From the NCBI GenBank assembly GCA_903869725.1, contig CAIQAD010000038.1, positions 11,101-75,100 on the forward strand: a stretch of 64,000 nucleotides of DNA, read 5' to 3'. The DNA is from an uncultured Alphaproteobacteria bacterium. GTDB taxonomy: Bacteria; Pseudomonadota; Alphaproteobacteria; Pelagibacterales; Pelagibacteraceae. This document shows, piece after piece, positions 10,608 to 18,960 of this stretch (the stretch's first letter is position 1; each line of letters starts with the position of its first letter). The notes beneath the pieces are model-generated. The model was given only the letters and a program-made list of their open reading frames with translations, made no database searches and had not been told where the DNA came from. The position numbers and the translations under genes are program-made.

Positions 10608-10755
10608 AATATTTAATTCTAATTTTCGTATGACATTTAGAATAAAATACTATTTTAAGCTATATAAATTATTATTTTTAACTTATTTTTCTATATATAT
10701 TGTATTTATTAGAAATAAATACTAAATCAGCTCCACAAATTTAAAAGGAGCAAAC

Positions 10756-11394
10756 ATGACATTACAATTAAATGATGAAGCACCAAATTTTACAGCGAAG
10801 ACATCTGAAGGCGATATCGATTTTCATAAATGGTTAGGAAATAGTTGGGCAGTACTTTTTTCTCACCCAAAAGATTTTACACCTGTGTGCACAACAGAAC
10901 TTGGTATACTTGCAAAATTAAAACCTGAATTTGATAAAAGAAATGTAAAAGTTATTGGGCTTTCTGTTGATGAATTAGGAAACCATAAAACTTGGTCAAA
11001 AGATATTGAGGAAACCCAAGGATATAAACCAAATTTTCCACTAATTGCAGATGATAACAGAAAAATTTCTGATCTTTATGGAATGATACATCCAAAAGCA
11101 AATGATACACTAACTGTACGATCAGTGTTTGTCATTGGACCAGATAAAAAAATTAAATTAACTTTAACTTATCCTGCAAGTGCTGGAAGAAATTTTGACG
11201 AAGTTTTAAGAGTAATTGATTCTTTACAATTAACTGCAAAACATAAACTTGCTACTCCTGCAAATTGGAAGCCTGGTGAAGATGTAATTATTTCTACTAC
11301 TGTTTCTGATGAAGAGGCTAAAAAACAATTTCCTCAAGGGTGGAAAACTTTAAAACCATATCTTAGAGTAATAAAACAACCAACTGATAAATAA
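10756..11394 (+). CDS. 1-Cys peroxiredoxin (Prx6 subfamily)
   Basis: 212 aa. Peroxidatic motif FTPVCTTELG and no resolving Cys. A strong SD (AAGGAG) lies 6 nt upstream. Confidence 0.92.
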   Translation: MTLQLNDEAPNFTAKTSEGDIDFHKWLGNSWAVLFSHPKDFTPVCTTELGILAKLKPEFDKRNVKVIGLSVDELGNHKTWSKDIEETQGYKPNFPLIADDNRKISDLYGMIHPKANDTLTVRSVFVIGPDKKIKLTLTYPASAGRNFDEVLRVIDSLQLTAKHKLATPANWKPGEDVIISTTVSDEEAKKQFPQGWKTLKPYLRVIKQPTDK

Positions 11395-11397
11395 AAA

Positions 11398-12576
11398 ATG
11401 TCACAAACTTTATTAAGACCAAAAATAAATCGTAACCCACTAATTATTTCTTTATTATTGTTAATAGCAGGAGCTTATTATTTGTCTCAAACAGTAAACA
11501 ATTCGCAAGCCGCCCTTTTTATTGTTGGTGGGCTTCTAGGAGTATCTTTATATTTTGCCTCTTTTGGTTTTACACAGGCTTGGCGGATATTTGTTTCTAG
11601 CAGAAAATCTGGTGGACTAAGAGCACAAATGATTATGTTAGCAATTGGAGTAATATTATTTTTTCCTTTTTTAAATCAAGGCTTTGTTTTCGGTAAACCT
11701 GTTGTTGGAAATATTGAGCCTATAAGTCTTTCAGTTCTTGTTGGTGCTTTTTTATTCGGGGTCGGTATGCAACTTGGCGGAGGTTGTGCTTCTGGAACTT
11801 TATTTGCGGTAGGTGGAGGGAACACAAGAATGATTATAACTTTAATATTTTTTATTATTGGATCTGTATTAGGAGCTTATACTTTTAGCTCTTGGTCTGC
11901 TTGGCCAGGTTTTCAACCCTTTTCTGAGATACAAGGCTGGGGTTTGTGGCCAGCTTTGTTAGTAAATTTGATACTATTTGCATTAATTTACTTCGGCGCA
12001 TCTGCTCTTGAAAAAAAAAGACATGGAAAAATTCAATCAATCAATCATGTTGAAAATAACAAAGAATCCTTAATACATGGCCCATGGCCTTTAGTTTGGG
12101 GGGCTATTGCATTGGTTATATTAAATTTTGCGACACTTGCCTTAGCTGGAAAACCTTGGGGTGTAACTTCAGCTTTTGCGGTATGGGGAGCAAAAATACT
12201 TTACAGCACTGGTGTCGATGTTACTCAATGGGCATATTTTTCAAAACACCCTGAAGTAATTACAAATTCTGTTACAAAAAATGTTACCTCTATAATGGAT
12301 TTTGGAATTATTATCGGAGCAATTATTGCAGCTTCAACTTCTGGAAAATTTGCTCCAGTTTGGCACATAAATAAACTTGCAATATTTACAGCAATTGTCG
12401 GTGGTTTATTATTAGGTTTTGGTGCAAGACTTTCTTACGGCTGCAATATTGGATCATATTTTAGCGCAATAATTTCTGGAAGCGCGCATGGTTGGCTTTG
12501 GTTAATTTCAGCTTTCTTAGGTAGTTATTTAGGCGTTTATATAAGACCCTTTTTCGGAATGGCTGTTGAAAAATAA
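11398..12576 (+). CDS. yeeE: YeeE/YedE family sulfur-compound (thiosulfate-type) transporter
   Basis: 392 aa polytopic protein. Two-fold repeat with Cys motifs LGGGCASGT and LSYGCNIGS, typical of YeeE/YedE. Only a 3-nt gap from the peroxiredoxin gene. Confidence 0.85.
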   Translation: MSQTLLRPKINRNPLIISLLLLIAGAYYLSQTVNNSQAALFIVGGLLGVSLYFASFGFTQAWRIFVSSRKSGGLRAQMIMLAIGVILFFPFLNQGFVFGKPVVGNIEPISLSVLVGAFLFGVGMQLGGGCASGTLFAVGGGNTRMIITLIFFIIGSVLGAYTFSSWSAWPGFQPFSEIQGWGLWPALLVNLILFALIYFGASALEKKRHGKIQSINHVENNKESLIHGPWPLVWGAIALVILNFATLALAGKPWGVTSAFAVWGAKILYSTGVDVTQWAYFSKHPEVITNSVTKNVTSIMDFGIIIGAIIAASTSGKFAPVWHINKLAIFTAIVGGLLLGFGARLSYGCNIGSYFSAIISGSAHGWLWLISAFLGSYLGVYIRPFFGMAVEK

Positions 12577-12627
12577 TTGCAAGACTGTAAGTTAATTATT
12601 TTTAAAGTTTTATAATTAACTACAAAC

Positions 12628-13623
12628 ATGAGCAATTCAAAAATAATAAATCTAATTGGTAACACGCCATTAATTTATTTAAATAGAGCATCTGAATTAT
12701 CAGGCTGCAAAATTTATGGCAAAGCTGAGTTCTTAAATCCTGGTCAGTCTGTTAAAGATAGAGCTGCTCTTTACATTATAAATGACGCCATCAAACAAGG
12801 TAAATTAAAAAAAGGTGGAACTATTGTTGAAGGAACAGCAGGTAATACTGGAATTGGAATAGCTTTAGTTGCTAAAGAACTTGGAATTAAAACAATTATT
12901 GTAATTCCTGAAACACAATCGCCTGAAAAAAAGCAGACTTTAAAAGATTATGGAGCTGAACTTATAGAAGTTCCAGCAGTTCCCTATAGCGATCCAAATA
13001 ATTACGTGAAATATGCAAAAAAAGTTGCTGAAGAAAAGAATGCTTACTGGGGAAATCAATTTGATAATACGATTAACCAACAAGCTCACATTGAAACAAC
13101 AGCACAAGAAATCTGGACACAAACTAACGGTGAATTAGATGGTTTTGTTTGTTCTTCAGGCACAGGAGGGACTATTTCTGGCGTTTCTATTGGTCTTAAA
13201 AAACATAATAAAAATATCAAAATTGCAATAAGTGATCCACATGGATCAGCTCTTTATAATCATTTTACTACCGGAGAATTGAAAATAAATGGTAGCTCAA
13301 TCACAGAAGGAATTGGAACATCAAGAATTACTGAAAATTATAAAGGGGCAATACTCGATCATGCATTTCAAATTAACGATACTGACGCATTAAATAACAT
13401 ATTTGATTTATTAAAAAATGATGGATTGTCTCTTGGAGCTTCTTCTGGAATTAATATTCAAGGCGCAATTGAACTTGGAAAAAAAATAGGACCTAATAAA
13501 ATTATTGTAACGATACTTTGTGATATTGGACAACGATATGCGAGTAAATTATATAACATAGAGTTTTTAAAATCAAAAGGACTGCCAAGTCCAGAATGGC
13601 TAAATGATTATCGACAAAAATAA
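12628..13623 (+). CDS. PLP-dependent cysteine synthase / cystathionine beta-synthase-fold enzyme (no Bateman module)
   Basis: 331 aa. The PLP-lysine region KAEFLNPGQSVKDRAAL and loop GTAGNTGIGIAL look closer to CBS-type than to E. coli CysK. The exact reaction cannot be resolved from sequence. Confidence 0.85.
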   Translation: MSNSKIINLIGNTPLIYLNRASELSGCKIYGKAEFLNPGQSVKDRAALYIINDAIKQGKLKKGGTIVEGTAGNTGIGIALVAKELGIKTIIVIPETQSPEKKQTLKDYGAELIEVPAVPYSDPNNYVKYAKKVAEEKNAYWGNQFDNTINQQAHIETTAQEIWTQTNGELDGFVCSSGTGGTISGVSIGLKKHNKNIKIAISDPHGSALYNHFTTGELKINGSSITEGIGTSRITENYKGAILDHAFQINDTDALNNIFDLLKNDGLSLGASSGINIQGAIELGKKIGPNKIIVTILCDIGQRYASKLYNIEFLKSKGLPSPEWLNDYRQK

Positions 13624-14734
13624 AATTAAAACAATTACAATTAACAAGCCTTTGAAGCTTGAGTCTGGTCAGACTTTGGACAACTTCGTAATAGCTTACG
13701 AAACGTTTGGAACTTTAAATAAAAATAAAGACAATGCAATTTTAGCATTTCATGCTTTGAGTGGCGATCAATTTGCAACTGGAACAAATCCAATAACAGG
13801 AAAAGATGGATGGTGGGTTACGGCAATTGGAGCAAATAAAGCAGTTGATACAAATAAGTATTTTGTAATATGCGCTAATGTTTTAGGCGGTTGTATGGGA
13901 ACAACTGGTCCTACAGAAATTAATCCAAATACAAAAGAAATTTATGGAACAGATTTTCCGCTGGTGACAATTAAAGACATGGTCAACGCTCAAGTATTAT
14001 TACTTGATCATTTAGGAATTGAAAAAACTTATTCAGTTATTGGAGGATCGATGGGTGGAATGCAAGTTTTACAATTTTGCTCATTATTTAAAAATCGCAC
14101 TTATTCTGCAATCCCTATTGCATGTACAGCAAGTCATTCAGCACAAAATATTGCGTTTAATGAACTTGCGCGCCAAGCAATTATGGCTGACCCAGAATGG
14201 GATTCTGGAAATTATTTAAAAAGCAAAAGAAACCCAAGAAATGGATTATCGATTGCTAGAATGGCTGGACATATTAGCTATTTATCTGAGGAAGGGTTGC
14301 AAGCAAAGTTTGGACGCAGACTTCAAGAAAAAGGTGCACTTAAATTTTCTTTTGATGCCGATTTTCAGGTGGAGAGTTATTTAAAATACCAAGGCAATGC
14401 GTTTGTTGATCGATTTGATGCAAATAGCTATTTATATTTAACACGTGCAATGGACTATTTCGATTTATATCGAGAAAATAATGGCGTTTTGTCCAATGCT
14501 TTTAAAAATAGCAAAACTAAATTTTGTTTAATTTCATTTTCAACAGACTGGCTTTATACAACAGCTGAAAGTAAAAAAATTCTAATTGCTTTAAATTCTA
14601 TTGGAGCAGATGTTAGCTTCGTTGAAATTATAACTAATAACGGACACGATTCTTTTTTATTAGATGAACCTGAATTTTTAAAAAGTGTTAAAGGTTTTTT
14701 AGATTCAAATTACGAAAATTTTAAAAAGAATTAA
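13604..14734 (+). CDS. metX: homoserine O-acetyltransferase
   Basis: 376 aa alpha/beta hydrolase. GGSMGGMQ nucleophile elbow and MetX-typical WW..IG and GHDSFLL motifs. Overlaps the upstream gene by 20 nt. Confidence 0.92.
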   Translation: MIIDKNKIKTITINKPLKLESGQTLDNFVIAYETFGTLNKNKDNAILAFHALSGDQFATGTNPITGKDGWWVTAIGANKAVDTNKYFVICANVLGGCMGTTGPTEINPNTKEIYGTDFPLVTIKDMVNAQVLLLDHLGIEKTYSVIGGSMGGMQVLQFCSLFKNRTYSAIPIACTASHSAQNIAFNELARQAIMADPEWDSGNYLKSKRNPRNGLSIARMAGHISYLSEEGLQAKFGRRLQEKGALKFSFDADFQVESYLKYQGNAFVDRFDANSYLYLTRAMDYFDLYRENNGVLSNAFKNSKTKFCLISFSTDWLYTTAESKKILIALNSIGADVSFVEIITNNGHDSFLLDEPEFLKSVKGFLDSNYENFKKN

Positions 14735-14757
14735 TAACTAAATTAATTTTTTTTAAT

Positions 14758-16059
14758 TTAGGCCTTTGCCAAAGCTTGCTCAATGTCAGTTATAATGTCA
14801 TCTGGATGCTCAATTCCAATTGATAATCGAACATACCCTGGAGTTACTCCAGCTTTTAATTGTTCTTCAGGAGATAGCTGTGAATGCGTTGTAGAAGCTG
14901 GATGAATAGCAAGACTTCGTGCATCTCCAATATTAGCAACATGATACAATAATTTTAGAGCATTAATAAACTTTTTACCTGTTTCTATGCCGCCTTTTAA
15001 TTCAATTCCACATAATGCACCAAAACCACCTTTCATATAATGTTTGGCACGTCTTCCGATCTCACCTTCATATAAACTTGGATAAATAACTTTTTCTACT
15101 TTTTTATTTTTTAGTAAAAATGCCACAACTTTTTCAGCATTTGAACAATGCTGTTTCATTCTCAAAGCTAAAGTTTCAAGTCCTTGAATAATTTGCCAAG
15201 CATTAAATGGCGATAAAGGCGCTCCTAAATCTCTTAATAAAACAACTCGCGCTCTAATTATGAATGGAATATTTGCTCCCGTTAATTTTGGAACTGCATC
15301 TCCCCAAATAACTCCACCGTATGATGGATCTGGTTCGTTATAAAAAGGTTGTCTCTTTTTATGTTCCGCCCATGGAAAATTTCCACCATCAATAATAATT
15401 CCGCCAATTGAATTGCCATGGCCTCCAATAAATTTAGTCAACGAATGCATTACGATTGCAGCACCATGTTCAAGAGGCTTACATATTATAGGTGACGCAG
15501 TGTTATCCATGATTAAGGGAATTCCATATTTTTTTCCAATATCGGCAACTTCTTTAATTGGAAAAATTCTAAGATAAGGATTAGGACATGTCTCACCATA
15601 ATATCCTCTTGTCTTATCATCTGTTAATTTTTCAAAATTTTTAGGATCTATTGGATCTGCAAATCGAACTTCAACCCCTTGATCTTTTAAAGTATTTTTA
15701 AATAAATTTACTGTTCCTCCATATAAATCTGTGGATGCAACTATATTATCTCCTGCTTTACATAAATTTTGTAAGCAAAAAGCAGAAGCAGCTTGTCCTG
15801 ATCCTACTGCTAGTCCTGCGACTCCACTTTCCAAAGCAGCAATTCTTTTTTCTAAAACATCAACGGTTGGATTCATTATCCTTGTGTAAATGTTTCCAAA
15901 TTCTTTTAAGGCAAATAAATTTGCTGCATGGTCTGTATTATTAAATTGATAACTAGTAGTTTGATAAATTGGAACTGCAACGGCAGTTGTTGTTGGATCG
16001 CTTCTATAATCTCCACCATGAAGACCTATTGTTTCTGGATGTTTGCTATTAGTAGTCAT
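14758..16059 (-). CDS. metY: O-acetylhomoserine (thiol)-lyase / sulfhydrylase
   Basis: 433 aa of the Cys/Met-metabolism PLP family. The HSLTKFIGGHG PLP-lysine motif and N-terminus TIGLHGG..DPTTTAVAVPIYQTTSY are typical of MetY. Confidence 0.93.
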   Translation of the reverse strand: MTTNSKHPETIGLHGGDYRSDPTTTAVAVPIYQTTSYQFNNTDHAANLFALKEFGNIYTRIMNPTVDVLEKRIAALESGVAGLAVGSGQAASAFCLQNLCKAGDNIVASTDLYGGTVNLFKNTLKDQGVEVRFADPIDPKNFEKLTDDKTRGYYGETCPNPYLRIFPIKEVADIGKKYGIPLIMDNTASPIICKPLEHGAAIVMHSLTKFIGGHGNSIGGIIIDGGNFPWAEHKKRQPFYNEPDPSYGGVIWGDAVPKLTGANIPFIIRARVVLLRDLGAPLSPFNAWQIIQGLETLALRMKQHCSNAEKVVAFLLKNKKVEKVIYPSLYEGEIGRRAKHYMKGGFGALCGIELKGGIETGKKFINALKLLYHVANIGDARSLAIHPASTTHSQLSPEEQLKAGVTPGYVRLSIGIEHPDDIITDIEQALAKA

Positions 16060-16104
16060 CGATAAAATATTTTTTATAATATTTGTAATCTCATAAATAG
16101 ATTA

Positions 16105-16144
16105 TATCTATAACGTATTGGTTGTATCTATAACGTATTGGTTA
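16105..16144. repeat. 2 x 20-bp tandem direct repeat
   Basis: tatctataacgtattggttg (16105-16124) is followed directly by tatctataacgtattggtta (16125-16144), 19/20 identical. It lies 46-85 nt upstream of the metY start. Confidence 0.85.
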
Positions 16145-16280
16145 CATAAATAGAGAAAGCTATTTTAATTAATAGCTATTTTAGTCATATAATAATTATA
16201 AAATGTATTTATTATTAAGACACAAATTAAACACAAAAAAAATTAACAATAATTATTACCAACAAAAAATAAAATAAAAT

Positions 16281-16685
16281 ATGAAACAACTAACTAAATT
16301 AGTAATGGTTATAACTTTGTTTTTAGGAACAATTTCGTATGCTAACGCGAATGATGGTACCGATTGGATAAACAAAAGTTTTACAAGAGATGAATTTATT
16401 AAACATGCACAAGAACGTGCTGGGAAAATGTTTGATAGAATCGATAAAGATCATAAAGGAGTTGTGACTGCTGAACAGATGAAAACTTTTTGGCAAAATA
16501 AAATGGAAAAGAAATGGGGAAAATTTCCAGTTTCGAAAGCTGACTATCTAAAAAAACAAGAAGCGAAGTTTAATGCGATTGACGTTAATCATGATGGTAT
16601 TATTACTTCAGCAGAAGTTAAAGACTATTGGAAAGCTCAAAGAGCTAAGTGGCACAAAGAAAATAGTCCTATGAAAAATAATTAA
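16281..16685 (+). CDS. secreted EF-hand calcium-binding protein
   Basis: 134 aa. Signal peptide ending SYANA and two EF-hand loops, DKDHKGVVTAEQ and DVNHDGIITSAE. Confidence 0.75.
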   Translation: MKQLTKLVMVITLFLGTISYANANDGTDWINKSFTRDEFIKHAQERAGKMFDRIDKDHKGVVTAEQMKTFWQNKMEKKWGKFPVSKADYLKKQEAKFNAIDVNHDGIITSAEVKDYWKAQRAKWHKENSPMKNN

Positions 16686-16726
16686 CAAGTAATTCTACTA
16701 AAAAATTATTTTTTATTATACAAAAG

Positions 16727-16813
16727 AATTAAAAGTATAATGATTATGACTAACAATGTGACTATAATTATAGGCATATTTATTTATAGTTATTAAGAAT
16801 TATACTTTTAATT
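16727..16813. repeat. 15-bp perfect inverted repeat with a 57-nt loop
   Basis: aattaaaagtataat (16727-16741) is the exact reverse complement of attatacttttaatt (16799-16813). It lies in a 247-bp spacer. Confidence 0.7.
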
Positions 16814-16932
16814 TAAATTCTAAAAAAAACAAAGATCTTCTTAAAGTTAGAAAGAAAACCATAATTGCAGAATTAGAATATTTATATAAACTCAGATTAA
16901 ATTTACAAAACGTCATTAAATATTTTGCCTAA

Positions 16933-17751
16933 ATGATCAAAAAAACTAAAGAAGAATATGTTGAAGCATACAAAGATCAAAATTTTTTAGAAAGTAACGA
17001 AGGAAGATCTATTCGAATATTATCTGAATATGAAAAAGTAAAATCATTATTTGAATCTCATAAAATTATCGACACAATAACATTTTTCGGAAGCACACGA
17101 TTTATAGAAAAGAAATCCGCATTACAGAAACTAAGATTTGCCAAAAAAAATAATAAAGAAATTAAAAATGCAGAGATCGATCTTGAAAACGCAAACTACT
17201 ATGAAAGTGCTAGAATTTTAGCTTATAAATTAACTAAATGGAACAAAAAATATTCTAAAAAACATCATAGATTTGTTATTGCAACAGGCGGCGGTCCTGG
17301 AATTATGGAGGCTGCAAATCGAGGAGCTTATGAAGGAAAAGGCAAAAGCATTGGACTTGGAATTAAACTACCAAGCAAACAAAAATTCAACAAATATATA
17401 ACTCCTAATTTAAGTATTGAGTTCCATTATTTTTTTATGAGAAAATTTTTTCTAACCTACCCCGCTAAAGCAACAGTAATATTTCCTGGCGGCTTTGGAA
17501 CATTAGACGAATTTATGGAGGTACTTACGTTAAAACAGACTGGAAAAATAAACAAACCAATGCCAATTATATTATTTGGAAAAAAATATTGGAAAAGTGT
17601 AATCAATTTTGATTTTCTAATAGAAAAAAAAGTAATTGATAAAAAAGATGTCAGCCTTTTTTTAATGACTGATTATGTAGAGCAAGCATTTGAATTTATT
17701 ACTTGCATATTAAAAGAAAAGTGTGTCGATGATCTTGAAATTAGAATTTAA
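16933..17751 (+). CDS. LOG family / TIGR00730 Rossmann-fold nucleotide-binding protein
   Basis: 272 aa. Motifs TGGGPGIMEAANRGA and PGGFGTLDEFMEVLT. Confidence 0.85.
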   Translation: MIKKTKEEYVEAYKDQNFLESNEGRSIRILSEYEKVKSLFESHKIIDTITFFGSTRFIEKKSALQKLRFAKKNNKEIKNAEIDLENANYYESARILAYKLTKWNKKYSKKHHRFVIATGGGPGIMEAANRGAYEGKGKSIGLGIKLPSKQKFNKYITPNLSIEFHYFFMRKFFLTYPAKATVIFPGGFGTLDEFMEVLTLKQTGKINKPMPIILFGKKYWKSVINFDFLIEKKVIDKKDVSLFLMTDYVEQAFEFITCILKEKCVDDLEIRI

Positions 17752-17796
17752 ATTTATAACATTAAAAAAACATAAAAATAAATTAACTAAAAAACA

Positions 17797-18918
17797 ATGA
17801 ATAAGTTTAAAGATAAAAGAAATTTTTTCAAATTTATTAAAGATAAAAGTACTTCGTTATTTTTGCTTATGCTTGCAAGCTGCACTGGATCAATCACGCC
17901 AAGCAACAGAAACAATGAGTCAAATTCTATTTCTGATAGTGAAAGCTATATTAGACCATATCACCATTTACCTGATGGTACTTTTAGAAATCCTGAAGGT
18001 AGCGTAGAAAGACCAGATTATGAATTTCCTTGGTTCAAATTTGCAAGAGAAAGAATGGCAATTAAAGTTAATATTCCTCAAGATCACATCATCAAATCAG
18101 ATGATGTATTAGCTAAACTTAAAAGTTTAGAAGACAAAGATACAATTACCTGGATTGGGCATTCAACTTTTTTAATTAGACTTGGCGGAAAAACAATTAT
18201 TACCGACCCTTTTTTTTCTCCAAATGCCGGACCTTTAGCGCTTGGACCTAGAAGATATATTGATCCCGCAATCTCATTGGAGCAGTTACCTAATATTGAT
18301 CTACTGCTAGTTACTCATAATCATTATGATCACTTAGATTACGATGCAACTAAAAATTTTCCCTTCAAAAAAGCAAAAGTTTTGTGCCCTTTAAAACTTT
18401 CTCAATTTTATAAAGATTTAAACTTTAGAAATATTCAAGAACTAGATTGGTACGATCAAACAAGATTTGACAGTATAAAAATCACATTACTTCCAGCCAT
18501 ACATTGGTCAAAAAGAACTCTTACAGATCGCAATCATAGTTTATGGGGCAGTTTTTTAATAGAATATCGAGGTAATAAAATTTTATTTTGCTGTGATACT
18601 GCAGATGGTCCAGTATACGAAAGACTTGGCAGACAATATGGGCCGATGGACTTAACATTTGTAAATATTGGTGCATATGAACCTAGAGAATTAATGAAAT
18701 ATTCACACGCAACACCTGAAGAGGGTCTTGATATTGCAAAACAATTGCGCAGTAATAAAGTTGCTGGAATGCATTGGGGAACTATTCTTATGTCTTTGGA
18801 GGATCCTTTTGAGCCTCCGGTAAGATTTAAACAAAATGCTAAAAACTACGGATACAAAGAAGAAGATCTACTATTATTTAAAATTGGAGAAACTAAAGCT
18901 TTAAAAGAAATTATTTAA
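17797..18918 (+). CDS. MBL-fold metallo-hydrolase lipoprotein (NAPE-PLD-like)
   Basis: 373 aa. Lipobox LMLASC and the metallo-beta-lactamase motif THNHYDHLD. Confidence 0.8.
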   Translation: MNKFKDKRNFFKFIKDKSTSLFLLMLASCTGSITPSNRNNESNSISDSESYIRPYHHLPDGTFRNPEGSVERPDYEFPWFKFARERMAIKVNIPQDHIIKSDDVLAKLKSLEDKDTITWIGHSTFLIRLGGKTIITDPFFSPNAGPLALGPRRYIDPAISLEQLPNIDLLLVTHNHYDHLDYDATKNFPFKKAKVLCPLKLSQFYKDLNFRNIQELDWYDQTRFDSIKITLLPAIHWSKRTLTDRNHSLWGSFLIEYRGNKILFCCDTADGPVYERLGRQYGPMDLTFVNIGAYEPRELMKYSHATPEEGLDIAKQLRSNKVAGMHWGTILMSLEDPFEPPVRFKQNAKNYGYKEEDLLLFKIGETKALKEII

Positions 18919-18960
18919 ATTTTAATACTACCTATTTTTATTTAAAAGTCGTTACAAATC

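Noticed and set aside
12590-12621. 10-bp hairpin agttaattat/ataattaact between yeeE and the CysK-like gene as a terminator or regulatory RNA
   Set aside because: The stem is entirely A/T with no trailing U-run, and it ends 6 nt before the next start codon. It may modulate translation, but there is not enough evidence to call it a terminator or riboswitch.
16060-16280. SAM-V/SAM-II riboswitch expected in the metY leader
   Set aside because: I read the minus-strand leader and found only a 6-bp agctat/atagct hairpin and the 20-bp tandem repeat. I saw no GC-rich P1 and no AAAGCU-type 3' tail forming the classic pseudoknot. I cannot support a riboswitch call without a covariance-model search.
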